Source: Candidatus Latescibacterota bacterium (GTDB lineage Bacteria; Latescibacterota; UBA2968; GCA-2709665). From it: a stretch of DNA of 64,000 nt. The notes below the pieces were generated by a model that worked only from the letters and a program-made list of their open reading frames with translations, was not told the DNA's origin and did no database searches. The position numbers were made by a program, and so were the translations under genes. Positions 41,421 to 50,081 of the stretch are shown piece after piece; within the stretch, counting starts at the first letter, position 1, and each line of letters starts with the position of its first letter. The stretch is taken from the NCBI GenBank assembly GCA_965208835.1, contig OZ242358.1:4864001-4928000 (forward strand), in the 5' to 3' direction.

Positions 41421-42235
41421 CCCTCATCGTCTCCCGATTCCCCGGCACGGGCAATATACCGCTCGAAACACGCCCGCAGATCCTCCTCGGGCACGGTGCG
41501 CAGGCCATCCGCCGAGATCGTCTTCACCGTGGGCAACACGCCGGCGTCCCGTTCGTACCTTCCGGTGGCGGCATCGTATTCCGCGGCCGTATGCAGCAGG
41601 CGCAGGGCCATAACGAGGCTCTCGCTCCGGTCCAACTCGGCAAACGGACGTTCGCCCCACTGGTTATTATAGAACATCGCACCCCGGATGGCCGCCGCGC
41701 CGGATCCCGTCGTGGAAAAGTCGGCGCTCTCGAACTGCGCTCCCAGCACGTCGTAGAAGAAGATCTTGCCTCGGCTGTCCTGTCGGTCGAACGTGGCGAA
41801 AATGGGAATCACCGGGCCGATGCCCTGCATGGCCATTGGCAGGTTGTCGCGAATCAGGAGGGAGAGGCGCCGCAGCTTGGCCGCCAGGCTCATTTCCTGC
41901 AGCTGCCGCCGCCGGTGATATTGAAAGGTGTGTTCGAGGATGCGGGCGATTTCGTACGCCATGGCCGGCGACCCGGAAATGGCCATCACCGAAAACGCGT
42001 CGATATCGATGACCTTGTCGGCGCGGTCATAAAGCACGGTGTGGCCGGCGGTGGCCCGCCGGTCCCCCGCAATGAGGACGCCATCCCGGTAGCGAAGGGC
42101 CAGGATGGTCGTGCCCTCGGTGGGTTGAAACGGAAGGGACGCCGCGCTACCCGGCGCGTTTTCCTTCAGGTCGGCGCCGGGCAGCCGGTATCCCTCAGCC
42201 TTGAGCAGATCCAGAAAATCCCCACCCGCGCCCAT
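41417..42235 (-). CDS. prcB: 20S proteasome beta subunit with propeptide
   Basis: EG|TTILAL autoprocessing site (Thr1), AGDRRAT, GSG, DAATG. Confidence 0.92.
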   Translation of the reverse strand: MGAGGDFLDLLKAEGYRLPGADLKENAPGSAASLPFQPTEGTTILALRYRDGVLIAGDRRATAGHTVLYDRADKVIDIDAFSVMAISGSPAMAYEIARILEHTFQYHRRRQLQEMSLAAKLRRLSLLIRDNLPMAMQGIGPVIPIFATFDRQDSRGKIFFYDVLGAQFESADFSTTGSGAAAIRGAMFYNNQWGERPFAELDRSESLVMALRLLHTAAEYDAATGRYERDAGVLPTVKTISADGLRTVPEEDLRACFERYIARAGESGDDEG

Positions 42236-42239
42236 AGGC

Positions 42240-42431
42240 TCACTCGCCCGTGCGCTGGCGGTAGCGTCGCGCCTGATTCGGGTCCACGCGCCGCATGCGG
42301 CGCAGCAGGTCGCGGGTATCCGGACGATCGACGTCCGGTCGGGACGGTCCGTCGTTCCCGTCGTTCGGCTCCCCGTCGGGGGCTTCAGGCCGCCGGGTCC
42401 GCCGTTCAAAACCGGCCAGATCTCTCTTCAT
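42240..42431 (-). CDS. ubact: Ubiquitin-like protein UBact (63 aa)
   Basis: Strong SD AAGGAGGAGG; disordered N-half; LLRRMRRVDPNQARRYRQRTGE C-terminus (R[ST]G[EQ]); lies between dop and prcB. Confidence 0.88.
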   Translation of the reverse strand: MKRDLAGFERRTRRPEAPDGEPNDGNDGPSRPDVDRPDTRDLLRRMRRVDPNQARRYRQRTGE

Positions 42432-42487
42432 AGCCACCTCCTCCTTGTGTTTCCGAACGGCTACCATACACATTACGCGACCCGAGG

Positions 42488-44008
42488 TCAGGCCTCAAGC
42501 GCGTTCAGGAACTCATCCAGTTCATCCGAGCGATCCAACGTCTTATTATAATGCGCGACCTTCTCCCCATCAACCAGATCCTTCATATCCACGGAACGCT
42601 GTTCCCCGTTCCGGAAGAAGACGATCCGGTCCCAGTTGACCGATTTGACGTCATGGCCGAACTTCTCAAGGCATCGTCCGCGGAACCAGGCACGGGTGTC
42701 GGCAGGCGGGACGGACATCGCTTCCTCGATGCGATCGTCGTCGATGAGGCGGACCATCTTCCCCTGCGCTTCCAGCAGGAAATACAGCCCGGCCTCCCGG
42801 TCCACGTTGTGATACTCCAGATCCTGGCTCTGAAGCCACGCCAGGTCGTCCGGATTGTCCCAGGAAAGTCCCTCCGCCTCACGAAAGCAGTCCAGCAGCC
42901 ACTTCTTGCTGACCCAGTCGCAGATACCCACCAGGGCCATGGGATCCCGTTCGAGGCCGACCAGCGTCTCCTCCCAGGCGTTCAGCACCCAGTCCGTTTC
43001 CACGTCGCGGCCTCCGAACCGCTCCTTCGCCAACGCCATGTACATCCGCTGCACCTCAACGGACGGAACCAGACGGCCGGTTTTGCGATCCAGCTCCACC
43101 AGCCACTGATAGCTCTGGTCGCGCGACACGTCCTTCAGCGCCGAAACAGGATCCTTCAGGACCACGTCGGGCAGATCGTCGTGTTCCACCAGCGCCACCA
43201 CAAGGGCGGTGGCGCCGACTTTCAGCGCCGTGACGTATTCCGACATATTCGAGTCGCCGAGGATCACGTGGAGCCTGCGGTACCGGCCGGCATCCGCGTG
43301 CGGTTCGTCACGGGTGTTGATAAGCGGCCGCTTGTGCATCGTGTCGACGCTGGCGATCACCTCAAAGAACTCGGACCGCTGTGAGAGCTGATAGATGGAC
43401 GCCCGGTCGCCGCGTTCCACGCCCATCTTGCCCGCGCCCGCGTAAATCTGACGCGTCACCAGGAACGGAAGCAGGCCCTTCACGATCCGATCGAACGGCG
43501 TTCCACGGTCCATCAGGTAATTCTCGTGACACCCGTAGCTGTGGCCTTTGAAGTCGGTGTTGTTCTTGTAGACGCGCACCACGCCCCCGGACAGCATCTC
43601 CGTGCGCCGACGCGCGCAGATATCCACGATCCGCTCGCCCGCCCGGTCCTGTGCCACCAGTTCGAAGAGGCTGAGGCACTCGCCCGTGGAGTATTCAGGA
43701 TGGGTATGGTCATTGTAGAAGCGGGCGCCGTTGCGGATAATCAGGTCGCTCTTCAACTCCTCCAGCGGCACCCTTCGCTGGCGGTCTTTCTGAAGGTGGA
43801 CCTTCTCGTCGGTATCGTTCAAAAGGGATTCAACTTCAAACCCCCGCACGTCCTTGCGGGGGTTCTCCAGCTGATAGTCCCAAAGGGGCGTGAACTCACC
43901 CCTGAGGTAGCACCGGATCAGCTGCATCGACTCCTCCACCACGTCGATCCTCTCCTCGCCGTCGATCGTGATCCCGTATTCCGTTTCAAGGCCGAAAAGT
44001 CGATTCAT
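42488..44008 (-). CDS. dop: Dop-family depupylase/deamidase
   Basis: GLETEYG, NGARFYNDHTHPEYST, YKNNTD, SYGCHENY, RLHVILGDSN. Confidence 0.88.
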   Translation of the reverse strand: MNRLFGLETEYGITIDGEERIDVVEESMQLIRCYLRGEFTPLWDYQLENPRKDVRGFEVESLLNDTDEKVHLQKDRQRRVPLEELKSDLIIRNGARFYNDHTHPEYSTGECLSLFELVAQDRAGERIVDICARRRTEMLSGGVVRVYKNNTDFKGHSYGCHENYLMDRGTPFDRIVKGLLPFLVTRQIYAGAGKMGVERGDRASIYQLSQRSEFFEVIASVDTMHKRPLINTRDEPHADAGRYRRLHVILGDSNMSEYVTALKVGATALVVALVEHDDLPDVVLKDPVSALKDVSRDQSYQWLVELDRKTGRLVPSVEVQRMYMALAKERFGGRDVETDWVLNAWEETLVGLERDPMALVGICDWVSKKWLLDCFREAEGLSWDNPDDLAWLQSQDLEYHNVDREAGLYFLLEAQGKMVRLIDDDRIEEAMSVPPADTRAWFRGRCLEKFGHDVKSVNWDRIVFFRNGEQRSVDMKDLVDGEKVAHYNKTLDRSDELDEFLNALEA

Positions 44009-44058
44009 AGACCGCGCTCAATCTCCGATTTTATGGCAAAAACTGTGCGGTGACAAAT

Positions 44059-44259
44059 GGCGGGCAGAGGGAAGAGGGTAGACGGTAGAAGAAAGGCGGG
44101 TAGAGGTAAGACGGTAGAGGGTAGAGATTTCCTGCCTTGTGCGGCTTCTTTTCGTGCCGGAGGCAAGGAGGGATAAAATAGCCGGCGAGGACATCTTCTC
44201 CCGTCTTACGTCTCCCGTCTACCCGGTCTTCTCCCCCTCTCCCGGCTTACGTCTACCCG
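44059..44259 (-). repeat. Family A element copy 6 (between arc and dop)
   Basis: Reverse-oriented core CCTGCCTTGTGCGGCTTCTTTTCGTGCCGGAGGCAA with 7-mer arms. Confidence 0.85.
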
Positions 44260-44266
44260 TTCTTCG

Positions 44267-45988
44267 CTATACAATCCGCCGGCCACGCCGGCTGGCTTCC
44301 CGCCCGGGGCGAATCGGCGACGCCCGCACGACGTTTTCGGGATCGTAATCGAGCAGCTTGAGCCAGTCCTCGGTGTTATCCGTTGGCGGGAAGATTTCGT
44401 TCTCCGTGTATTCGGTTTCGACTGCCTGGAGCAGATCGTCCTGGGAGATACCCTCTTCGTATCCGGATGCGATGGACCGGCGGATGGCCATCTCTTTCGC
44501 GCGTCTCACAATGGACTCCATGATCGCCCCGCTAGCCAGGTCCCCCCGCCGGAGGACGTCCTTCCGGCCGCTTCGGAGGGTCACTTCCAGAAATCTCGTA
44601 TGGTCCCTTTTCGAGAAGATCTCTTCCGACGTGCGCGCCACGAGCGTCTCCACGGCCGCGGCGCCGTCCCCGCCGTGTTCTTCCATCGTCTTCCGGTCGA
44701 TCGGAATATCGGGCGTCAGATAGATCTTGAGGATATCGAGCGCGCCGTACCTGTCGGGGCGCCTTACCTTGATCTTCCGGTCGATCCTTCCCGGCCGCAA
44801 TATCGCGGGATCGATCAGGTCGGGGCGGTTCGACGCCAGGATGATCACCACGTCCTGCAGCGACTCGATGCCGTCCATCTCCGAACAAAACATCGGCACG
44901 ACGGTATTCGAAATGCTGTGCGACCGCATGGCGCGGCGCGTGCCGAGAACCGATTCCGCCTCGTCGATGAACACCACGGGCAGGTACCCCTCCTTGCGCT
45001 TTTCCCGCGCCCGGGAAAAGATCTCCCGAATCTGGCGTTCGGACTCGCCGAGCCACATATTGAGGATTTCCGGCCCCTTGATGTTCATGAAACATTCCTT
45101 CAGGTCCAGACCGGCCTCCTGCTGGGCCTGCTTAACGAGGTTGTAGGCGGTTGCCTTGCCGATCAGCGTCTTGCCGCAGCCCGGCGGGCCGTACAACAGG
45201 AAGCCCTTGGGAACGCTGTACTGGAACCTGGAGAACAGGTCCGGATGCAACGCCGGCATCTCGATCGTATCCTTGATGGCCTGGATGGCCTCCTCCTGAC
45301 CGCCGATTTTCTCCCAGGGCAGGTTCGGAATCTCTTCGAGGAAATAGTCTTTCGCCTCCTTTTCCGGCATGCGTTCCAGCGCCACGCGGAAGTTCGGGTC
45401 CACGCGAACCTCGTCGCCCGCCTTCAGGGACTCCGCTATGAGGTCGCTCGACCGCGAAAGCACGGTGACCTGGCCGCCCGGTTCCTGTCCAACCCGCAAC
45501 CGGCCGTCTTCGAGCACGTCGGATATCTTCGCGACCTGGCCGGAAGAGGAATAGCCGAGGTCGCCGACGATGGCGAACGCGTCGTTGACCAGCACCCTCG
45601 CGCCCACCTTCAGCGCCTCCAGTTCCAGCCGCGAATCGACGTTGGCGTAGTATTCGGAGCCGCCCACGCTGATGTATGCCACTCCGTCGCCGGGGGCTTC
45701 AAGAAGCGTACCCACGCGGTTGGCCGGCGCCGTCACTTTCTCGAGAGCGGCCTCCATCTCCACGATGGTCCGCCTCGCCTCCTCGAACGTAATCTCGTCT
45801 TCCTGAAGCTGCCGGCGGAGATGGTAGAGCAGGGGACGACGTTTGTCCTTTTCGTCCATCGACATCAGTATCTGGTCGATTATGGACAGCGACTGGAACG
45901 TGTGCTGCATGTCCACGTAGTCCTGCAGAAAGTCGTCCGGCGACTTTCGCTGGCGAGGTTCTTCGTTCGGGCCGTTAATGGCGCTCAC
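44267..45988 (-). CDS. arc: Proteasomal AAA+ ATPase (ARC/Mpa-like)
   Basis: N-terminal coiled coil + OB region, GPPGCGKT, IKGPEILN, VFIDE, SNRPDLIDPAILRPGRID. Confidence 0.9.
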   Translation of the reverse strand: MSAINGPNEEPRQRKSPDDFLQDYVDMQHTFQSLSIIDQILMSMDEKDKRRPLLYHLRRQLQEDEITFEEARRTIVEMEAALEKVTAPANRVGTLLEAPGDGVAYISVGGSEYYANVDSRLELEALKVGARVLVNDAFAIVGDLGYSSSGQVAKISDVLEDGRLRVGQEPGGQVTVLSRSSDLIAESLKAGDEVRVDPNFRVALERMPEKEAKDYFLEEIPNLPWEKIGGQEEAIQAIKDTIEMPALHPDLFSRFQYSVPKGFLLYGPPGCGKTLIGKATAYNLVKQAQQEAGLDLKECFMNIKGPEILNMWLGESERQIREIFSRAREKRKEGYLPVVFIDEAESVLGTRRAMRSHSISNTVVPMFCSEMDGIESLQDVVIILASNRPDLIDPAILRPGRIDRKIKVRRPDRYGALDILKIYLTPDIPIDRKTMEEHGGDGAAAVETLVARTSEEIFSKRDHTRFLEVTLRSGRKDVLRRGDLASGAIMESIVRRAKEMAIRRSIASGYEEGISQDDLLQAVETEYTENEIFPPTDNTEDWLKLLDYDPENVVRASPIRPGREASRRGRRIV

Positions 45989-46064
45989 CTCCGGAATCGA
46001 AATGACAACTCGGAAGAGGGTTTGTCAGGGCTGTGTGAGGGGCTGAGGTGAGAGGTCGCCTAGA

Positions 46065-46204
46065 GGCGGTGAGACGGGAGACGTAAGACGGTAGATGAAA
46101 TCTTCGCCCGATATTTTTTCTCCTGCTTGCCTCCGGCACTAGAAGAAACCTCACAAGGCAGGCAATCTCTCCCGTCTAACGTCTCCCGGCTTACGTCTAC
46201 CCGC
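46065..46204 (+). repeat. Family A element copy 7
   Basis: Core TTGCCTCCGGCACTAGAAGAAACCTCACAAGGCAGGCAAT with 7-mer arms. Confidence 0.85.
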
Positions 46205-46210
46205 TTTTTG

Positions 46211-47113
46211 CTAATCGTCCATTTCGCGTTTGAAGGACAACTTCATTTTGGCGCCCGCGTTCTCGACCTTGACGTTGCCCCTGATCACGGTGACGTCCAC
46301 CTCTTTGAACGACACCTTGATTTCATGCGCGATGACGAGCCCCCGGTTCACGTCGATGGTCCATTTGCCCTTTCCCTCGCCCGTGCCATCGACCATAATC
46401 GACACCGCGTTGGAGAATATCCATCCCCGGTACCGCATCTGCCGGGTCTCGTCGATGAGGGCGACCCGGCGGCCCTTCTTCTTCGTCAGACGCTTCAGAA
46501 CGTAAACGCTGTTGATTTCCACCGATCCTTTATCCTGCAGCGCCGGGATAGCGATTTCATGGCGACGAATCCCGTTCCAGGAATCTCCCGATCCGACCTC
46601 CCGTTCGGGCAGGACGGGATGAATTTCCGGTACCCAGAGCTGCTGCAAATCGGTGATGGCGCCTGCGCGGCGCACCTCGTACGACTTGAAGCCGGGTTTG
46701 AATCCCGCCACGTTGCCATCTGCGGTCACGTTCCACGAAAAGTTCCGGCCGTTGAAGATATCGAGCAGATAGGGAAAGTTGCCCTCGCTGATCTGAACGC
46801 GGTCTTCCATTACCGTGCTTTCCGCATCCTGAACCGTCGCCGTGACGTTCGCGACGCCCGCTTCAATCGCGCTGACCGCTTCCCTGCTCTTCCACTTTCC
46901 GTACATCCGCACATCGACCGTACCGGAGGTCTTGTCGTCGTCGATCAGGTCTGCGCGGCCGCTATAGTATTCCAACGTCCAGGAGTTTTTGTATAGGTTC
47001 GACTGTCCCGATTTGTAGACGAAACTGAGCGCCACCTTCTCGCCGTACGCCGTGCCGGCGGGAACGACCAGGGCATATGAGATTATCAGGCAGAGAAAAC
47101 GATACCGGGCCAT
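46211..47113 (-). CDS. Exported hypothetical protein (beta-rich)
   Basis: Signal peptide ending AYG; SD GGAGGGAG; LPEREVGSGDSW motif. Confidence 0.75.
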   Translation of the reverse strand: MARYRFLCLIISYALVVPAGTAYGEKVALSFVYKSGQSNLYKNSWTLEYYSGRADLIDDDKTSGTVDVRMYGKWKSREAVSAIEAGVANVTATVQDAESTVMEDRVQISEGNFPYLLDIFNGRNFSWNVTADGNVAGFKPGFKSYEVRRAGAITDLQQLWVPEIHPVLPEREVGSGDSWNGIRRHEIAIPALQDKGSVEINSVYVLKRLTKKKGRRVALIDETRQMRYRGWIFSNAVSIMVDGTGEGKGKWTIDVNRGLVIAHEIKVSFKEVDVTVIRGNVKVENAGAKMKLSFKREMDD

Positions 47114-47177
47114 GGCTCCCTCCGTACACTATGGTGGACAATAGCCTGTCGGATTTTAAAGGCGACACAGTTGCTTA

Positions 47178-47206
47178 AGTATAGCCCGGTGTTTTTGGAA
47201 TGTCAA
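47178..47206 (-). promoter_or_regulatory. Sigma70-type promoter
   Basis: TTGACA-17 bp-TATACT on the minus strand, ~65 bp before the 47113 start. Confidence 0.7.
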
Positions 47207-47283
47207 CCCGTACCGTGATTCGTGTGATTACTATGAAAAAAGCTGATTAAAACCACGGAGAGACTTTGGAAGATTGACAGTTA

Positions 47284-47805
47284 TTAACGGGATTTGCGGG
47301 AGGGAGGGAGGGAGGGAGGGATCGCGGGGTTTCCCTGGGTTCGTTGTTTGAGCATACGGTTGTACACTCTTTTGAATTCCAGGCTTTTTGCACCAAAGTT
47401 GATGAGCAGACCGACGTTCAGATCATACGCCTCGAGGTAGTTCTTGGCTTGCGCCAGGTGGGCGTCGGTCAATTCGACCACCGCCTTCAGTTCAACGCAG
47501 ATGACGCTCTCCACCAGGAAATCAACTCTCCTCAGGCCTATCTGTCGCCCCTTGTAGAATACAGGCATTTCGTGCTCACGACTGAAGGAGATGCCGGCAT
47601 CCTCCATTTCCATCTCCAGCGCATTCTGGTAGATGACTTCACGGAAGCCGTTTCCCAGCCCTGAATGCACCGCCATCGCGCAGCCGATGATTCTCCCCGT
47701 AAACGCATGGTATTTTTCTTTTATGTTTGTCACATCCGGAATTGATGCAAATCCAGGGCCAATTCCGGGATTGACAATAGTTGCCTGTGAGGGAACAGGG
47801 TGCAT
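47284..47805 (-). CDS. GxxExxY protein (PD-(D/E)XK-like nuclease fold); start may be the GTG at 47733
   Basis: IIGCAMAVH.GLG.GFREVIY, DFLVE..ICVELKAV, AQ..NYL, GLLINFG. Confidence 0.9.
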   Translation of the reverse strand: MHPVPSQATIVNPGIGPGFASIPDVTNIKEKYHAFTGRIIGCAMAVHSGLGNGFREVIYQNALEMEMEDAGISFSREHEMPVFYKGRQIGLRRVDFLVESVICVELKAVVELTDAHLAQAKNYLEAYDLNVGLLINFGAKSLEFKRVYNRMLKQRTQGNPAIPPSLPPSRKSR

Positions 47806-47860
47806 CGCAGATTCAGAAGATCCACTGCTCTGATTTAATAATATTACGAGGTCGCTAAAG

Positions 47861-48160
47861 GGCGGGAGACGGGAAGACGTAAGACAGCAGAAGAAGTGCG
47901 GGGAGGCGGAAGACGGTAGAAAAAAGGCGGGTAGAGGTAAGAGGGTAGACGGTAGAAGATATCTTTGCCCCACCTATTTTTCCTTCTTGCCTCCGGCACG
48001 AGAAGAATCCTTACAGGGCTGGAAATCTCTCCCGTCTCACGTCTTGCGTCTCACCAGGTGGTGGGGCGGGGTGTGGTTTTCTACCCTCTCCCGTCTTCCT
48101 TCTCACCAGGCGGTGGGCGGGGTGTGGTTCTCTACCCTCTTACCTCTACCCTCTCCCCGC
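47861..48160 (+). repeat. Family A element copy 8 (longest; upstream of the GxxExxY gene)
   Basis: Extended 7-mer arms, two CCAGG(T/C)GGTGGG modules; 47939-48092 is 152/154 identical to the reverse complement of 59350-59503. Confidence 0.88.
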
Positions 48161-48955
48161 TTTTGAGGGGGCGGGTGGAGCGGTGGGTATTTCCCCACAC
48201 CGGAGCATGGTGTCTGCGTTGCGCCAGGCGATGGCTTCCCTGACGTCGTGGGGCGCGTCCAGGACCTGCAGTTTGAGCAATGCAGGCGCGGGGGTGTTGA
48301 ACGGCATGCCCGAACCGAAGGCTAGGCGCCCGTTGCCCCAGGCCTGCGTAAGCCCCTGTATACTGCGCTCCAATACCGCGGTAAGGCGGGAGATGTCCAC
48401 CAGGAAGCGGACGTCCGGGGGCAATATGCGCCCGGTGAAGCCAGCGCCATTCAGAATCATCCAGCGGATGTGCGGCCGCAAACCAAAAAGCCGGCGAAAC
48501 GTCGCCGGCTTCAGGTCATCGGCCAGATCCCAGGGATGCCGCTGTCGCCGGTCCAAAATGCGCATCGGCACCTGAACGGACCATCCCAAGTCCGCAACGG
48601 CATCCAGAAAATCCAGCGCCTCTTCGGAATCCGGTTCATATCCGTGGTACTGCGGATACAGGCGAATCCCGCAGAGCTCCAGATCCTCGGCGCACCGGCG
48701 CAGGTCCTCCTCCCATCCCGCGTAGGCCGGATTCAGCGTGGCGAACGGAATCAGCCGGTCCCGGTGGCGCATCACCTGCCTGGCCAACTCCTCGTTGGCC
48801 GATTGGGCGTTCCTGTAGAACACGCCGTGGATTGACGCGACCACCGCCCGGTCGATCCCGCTGCGGTCCATCAGCCTCAGCAGACCCTGTACCGTATTGT
48901 GACGCAACTGCCGGAACGGCCAGTGCCCCACCCACGCGTTGACGTCGATGATCAT
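48146..48955 (-). CDS. Amidohydrolase-family (TIM-barrel) protein
   Basis: IIDVNAW, GIDRAVV, GIRLYPQYH, LAFGSGMP, AWRNA. Confidence 0.78.
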   Translation of the reverse strand: MIIDVNAWVGHWPFRQLRHNTVQGLLRLMDRSGIDRAVVASIHGVFYRNAQSANEELARQVMRHRDRLIPFATLNPAYAGWEEDLRRCAEDLELCGIRLYPQYHGYEPDSEEALDFLDAVADLGWSVQVPMRILDRRQRHPWDLADDLKPATFRRLFGLRPHIRWMILNGAGFTGRILPPDVRFLVDISRLTAVLERSIQGLTQAWGNGRLAFGSGMPFNTPAPALLKLQVLDAPHDVREAIAWRNADTMLRCGEIPTAPPAPSKAGRG

Positions 48956-48981
48956 CTCAATCCCCACCAGTAGTCCGCGCC

Positions 48982-50040
48982 TCAGCCATACATATCCTGT
49001 ACGAATTCCCGGTACCCGTTGTACAGAAGCGTGGGGCGCACGAGCGGCTTCGAAGCGTCGGTTGTGATGAACCGCTCCGTCTTCTGCGACCAGCGCGGAT
49101 GCGCCACGTCCGGCTCCACGTTCGCCAGGAATCCATACTCCTTCGGGACGAGCTCATTCCAGAACGTGGCCGGTTGCTCAGCCACGAACTCGATGGATAC
49201 AATCGATTTCCCGCTCTTGAATCCGTATTTCCAGGGGATAACGAGCCGGACCGGCGCGCCGTGCTGTTTCGGCAGTTCATGGCCGTAGATGCCCGTGGCG
49301 ACAAACGTGAGTTCGTTCATCGCTTCATCCATTCTGAGCCCTTCCTGGTAGGGCCACGGCCACTGCGGGTTGTCGAACTGACCGGGTGCCTGGTCCGGAT
49401 TGATGAACGTGTTGAACTTGACGTGTGTGGCGCCCGCTTGCGGCTCCACGGCTTCGATCAACGCACTCATGGGGAATCCCGTCCAGGGTATGGCCATGGA
49501 CCACGCCTCCACGCAGCGCAGCCGGTAGAGCCGCTCTTCCAGCGGGAATCTGCGGTGGAGCGCGTCGTAATCCAGGGTGAGCGGATTGCTGACCAACCCC
49601 TTGACTTCCAGCGTCCACGGATTGATCACGAACTTGTCCGCCTTCTCCAGGACCCCGGTCTTCCCCCGGCTGAACTCGTAAAAGTTGTTGTATCCCCCGG
49701 CAATCTCCTCATTCGTCAGGTTACGGTCCAGTTCCGAGAATTTCGGATTCGTCTGCGCCGGGTACGCCGGCTTGACCTCTTCTTCCTCCTCCTCTTCCTC
49801 TTCTTCTTCCTCCTCCTCTTCTTCCTCTTTCTCTTCTTCCTTCTCCTCATCCTCGTCGGTGGCGACCGGTTCCGGCTCGAACGGCTCGAACACCCGCTCG
49901 CTCCCACACCCTGCCAGCATGCCCGCAGCCCCCGCCGCGCCAGCCGCTTTGAGGAACTTGCGCCGGTTCACGTACACGTCTTCCGACGTGGCCTCGCTTT
50001 CCGGCATCTCCCATCCCCTGGGTATCACGATATTCGCCAT
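48982..50040 (-). CDS. msrP: Molybdo-enzyme methionine sulfoxide reductase catalytic subunit, Tat-exported, with poly-Glu linker
   Basis: NRRKFLK Tat motif, YNNFYEF, YRLRCVEAWS, HGAPVRLVIPWKYGFKS, HPRWSQ. Confidence 0.92.
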   Translation of the reverse strand: MANIVIPRGWEMPESEATSEDVYVNRRKFLKAAGAAGAAGMLAGCGSERVFEPFEPEPVATDEDEEKEEEKEEEEEEEEEEEEEEEEEVKPAYPAQTNPKFSELDRNLTNEEIAGGYNNFYEFSRGKTGVLEKADKFVINPWTLEVKGLVSNPLTLDYDALHRRFPLEERLYRLRCVEAWSMAIPWTGFPMSALIEAVEPQAGATHVKFNTFINPDQAPGQFDNPQWPWPYQEGLRMDEAMNELTFVATGIYGHELPKQHGAPVRLVIPWKYGFKSGKSIVSIEFVAEQPATFWNELVPKEYGFLANVEPDVAHPRWSQKTERFITTDASKPLVRPTLLYNGYREFVQDMYG

Positions 50041-50081
50041 CGCGTCTGCCTCCTCTTTTCGTCAATAATCGATTGCCGGTC

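Noticed and set aside
41417-42409. 330-aa version of prcB
   Set aside because: The extension overlaps ubact in another frame; the ATG at 42235 gives a normal propeptide.
42240-42431. Canonical actinobacterial Pup
   Set aside because: Ends RTGE rather than GG(E/Q) and lacks the Pup acidic helix signature; fits UBact.
47806-47973. N-terminal extension of the GxxExxY ORF
   Set aside because: Read-through of family A repeat sequence; not protein-like.
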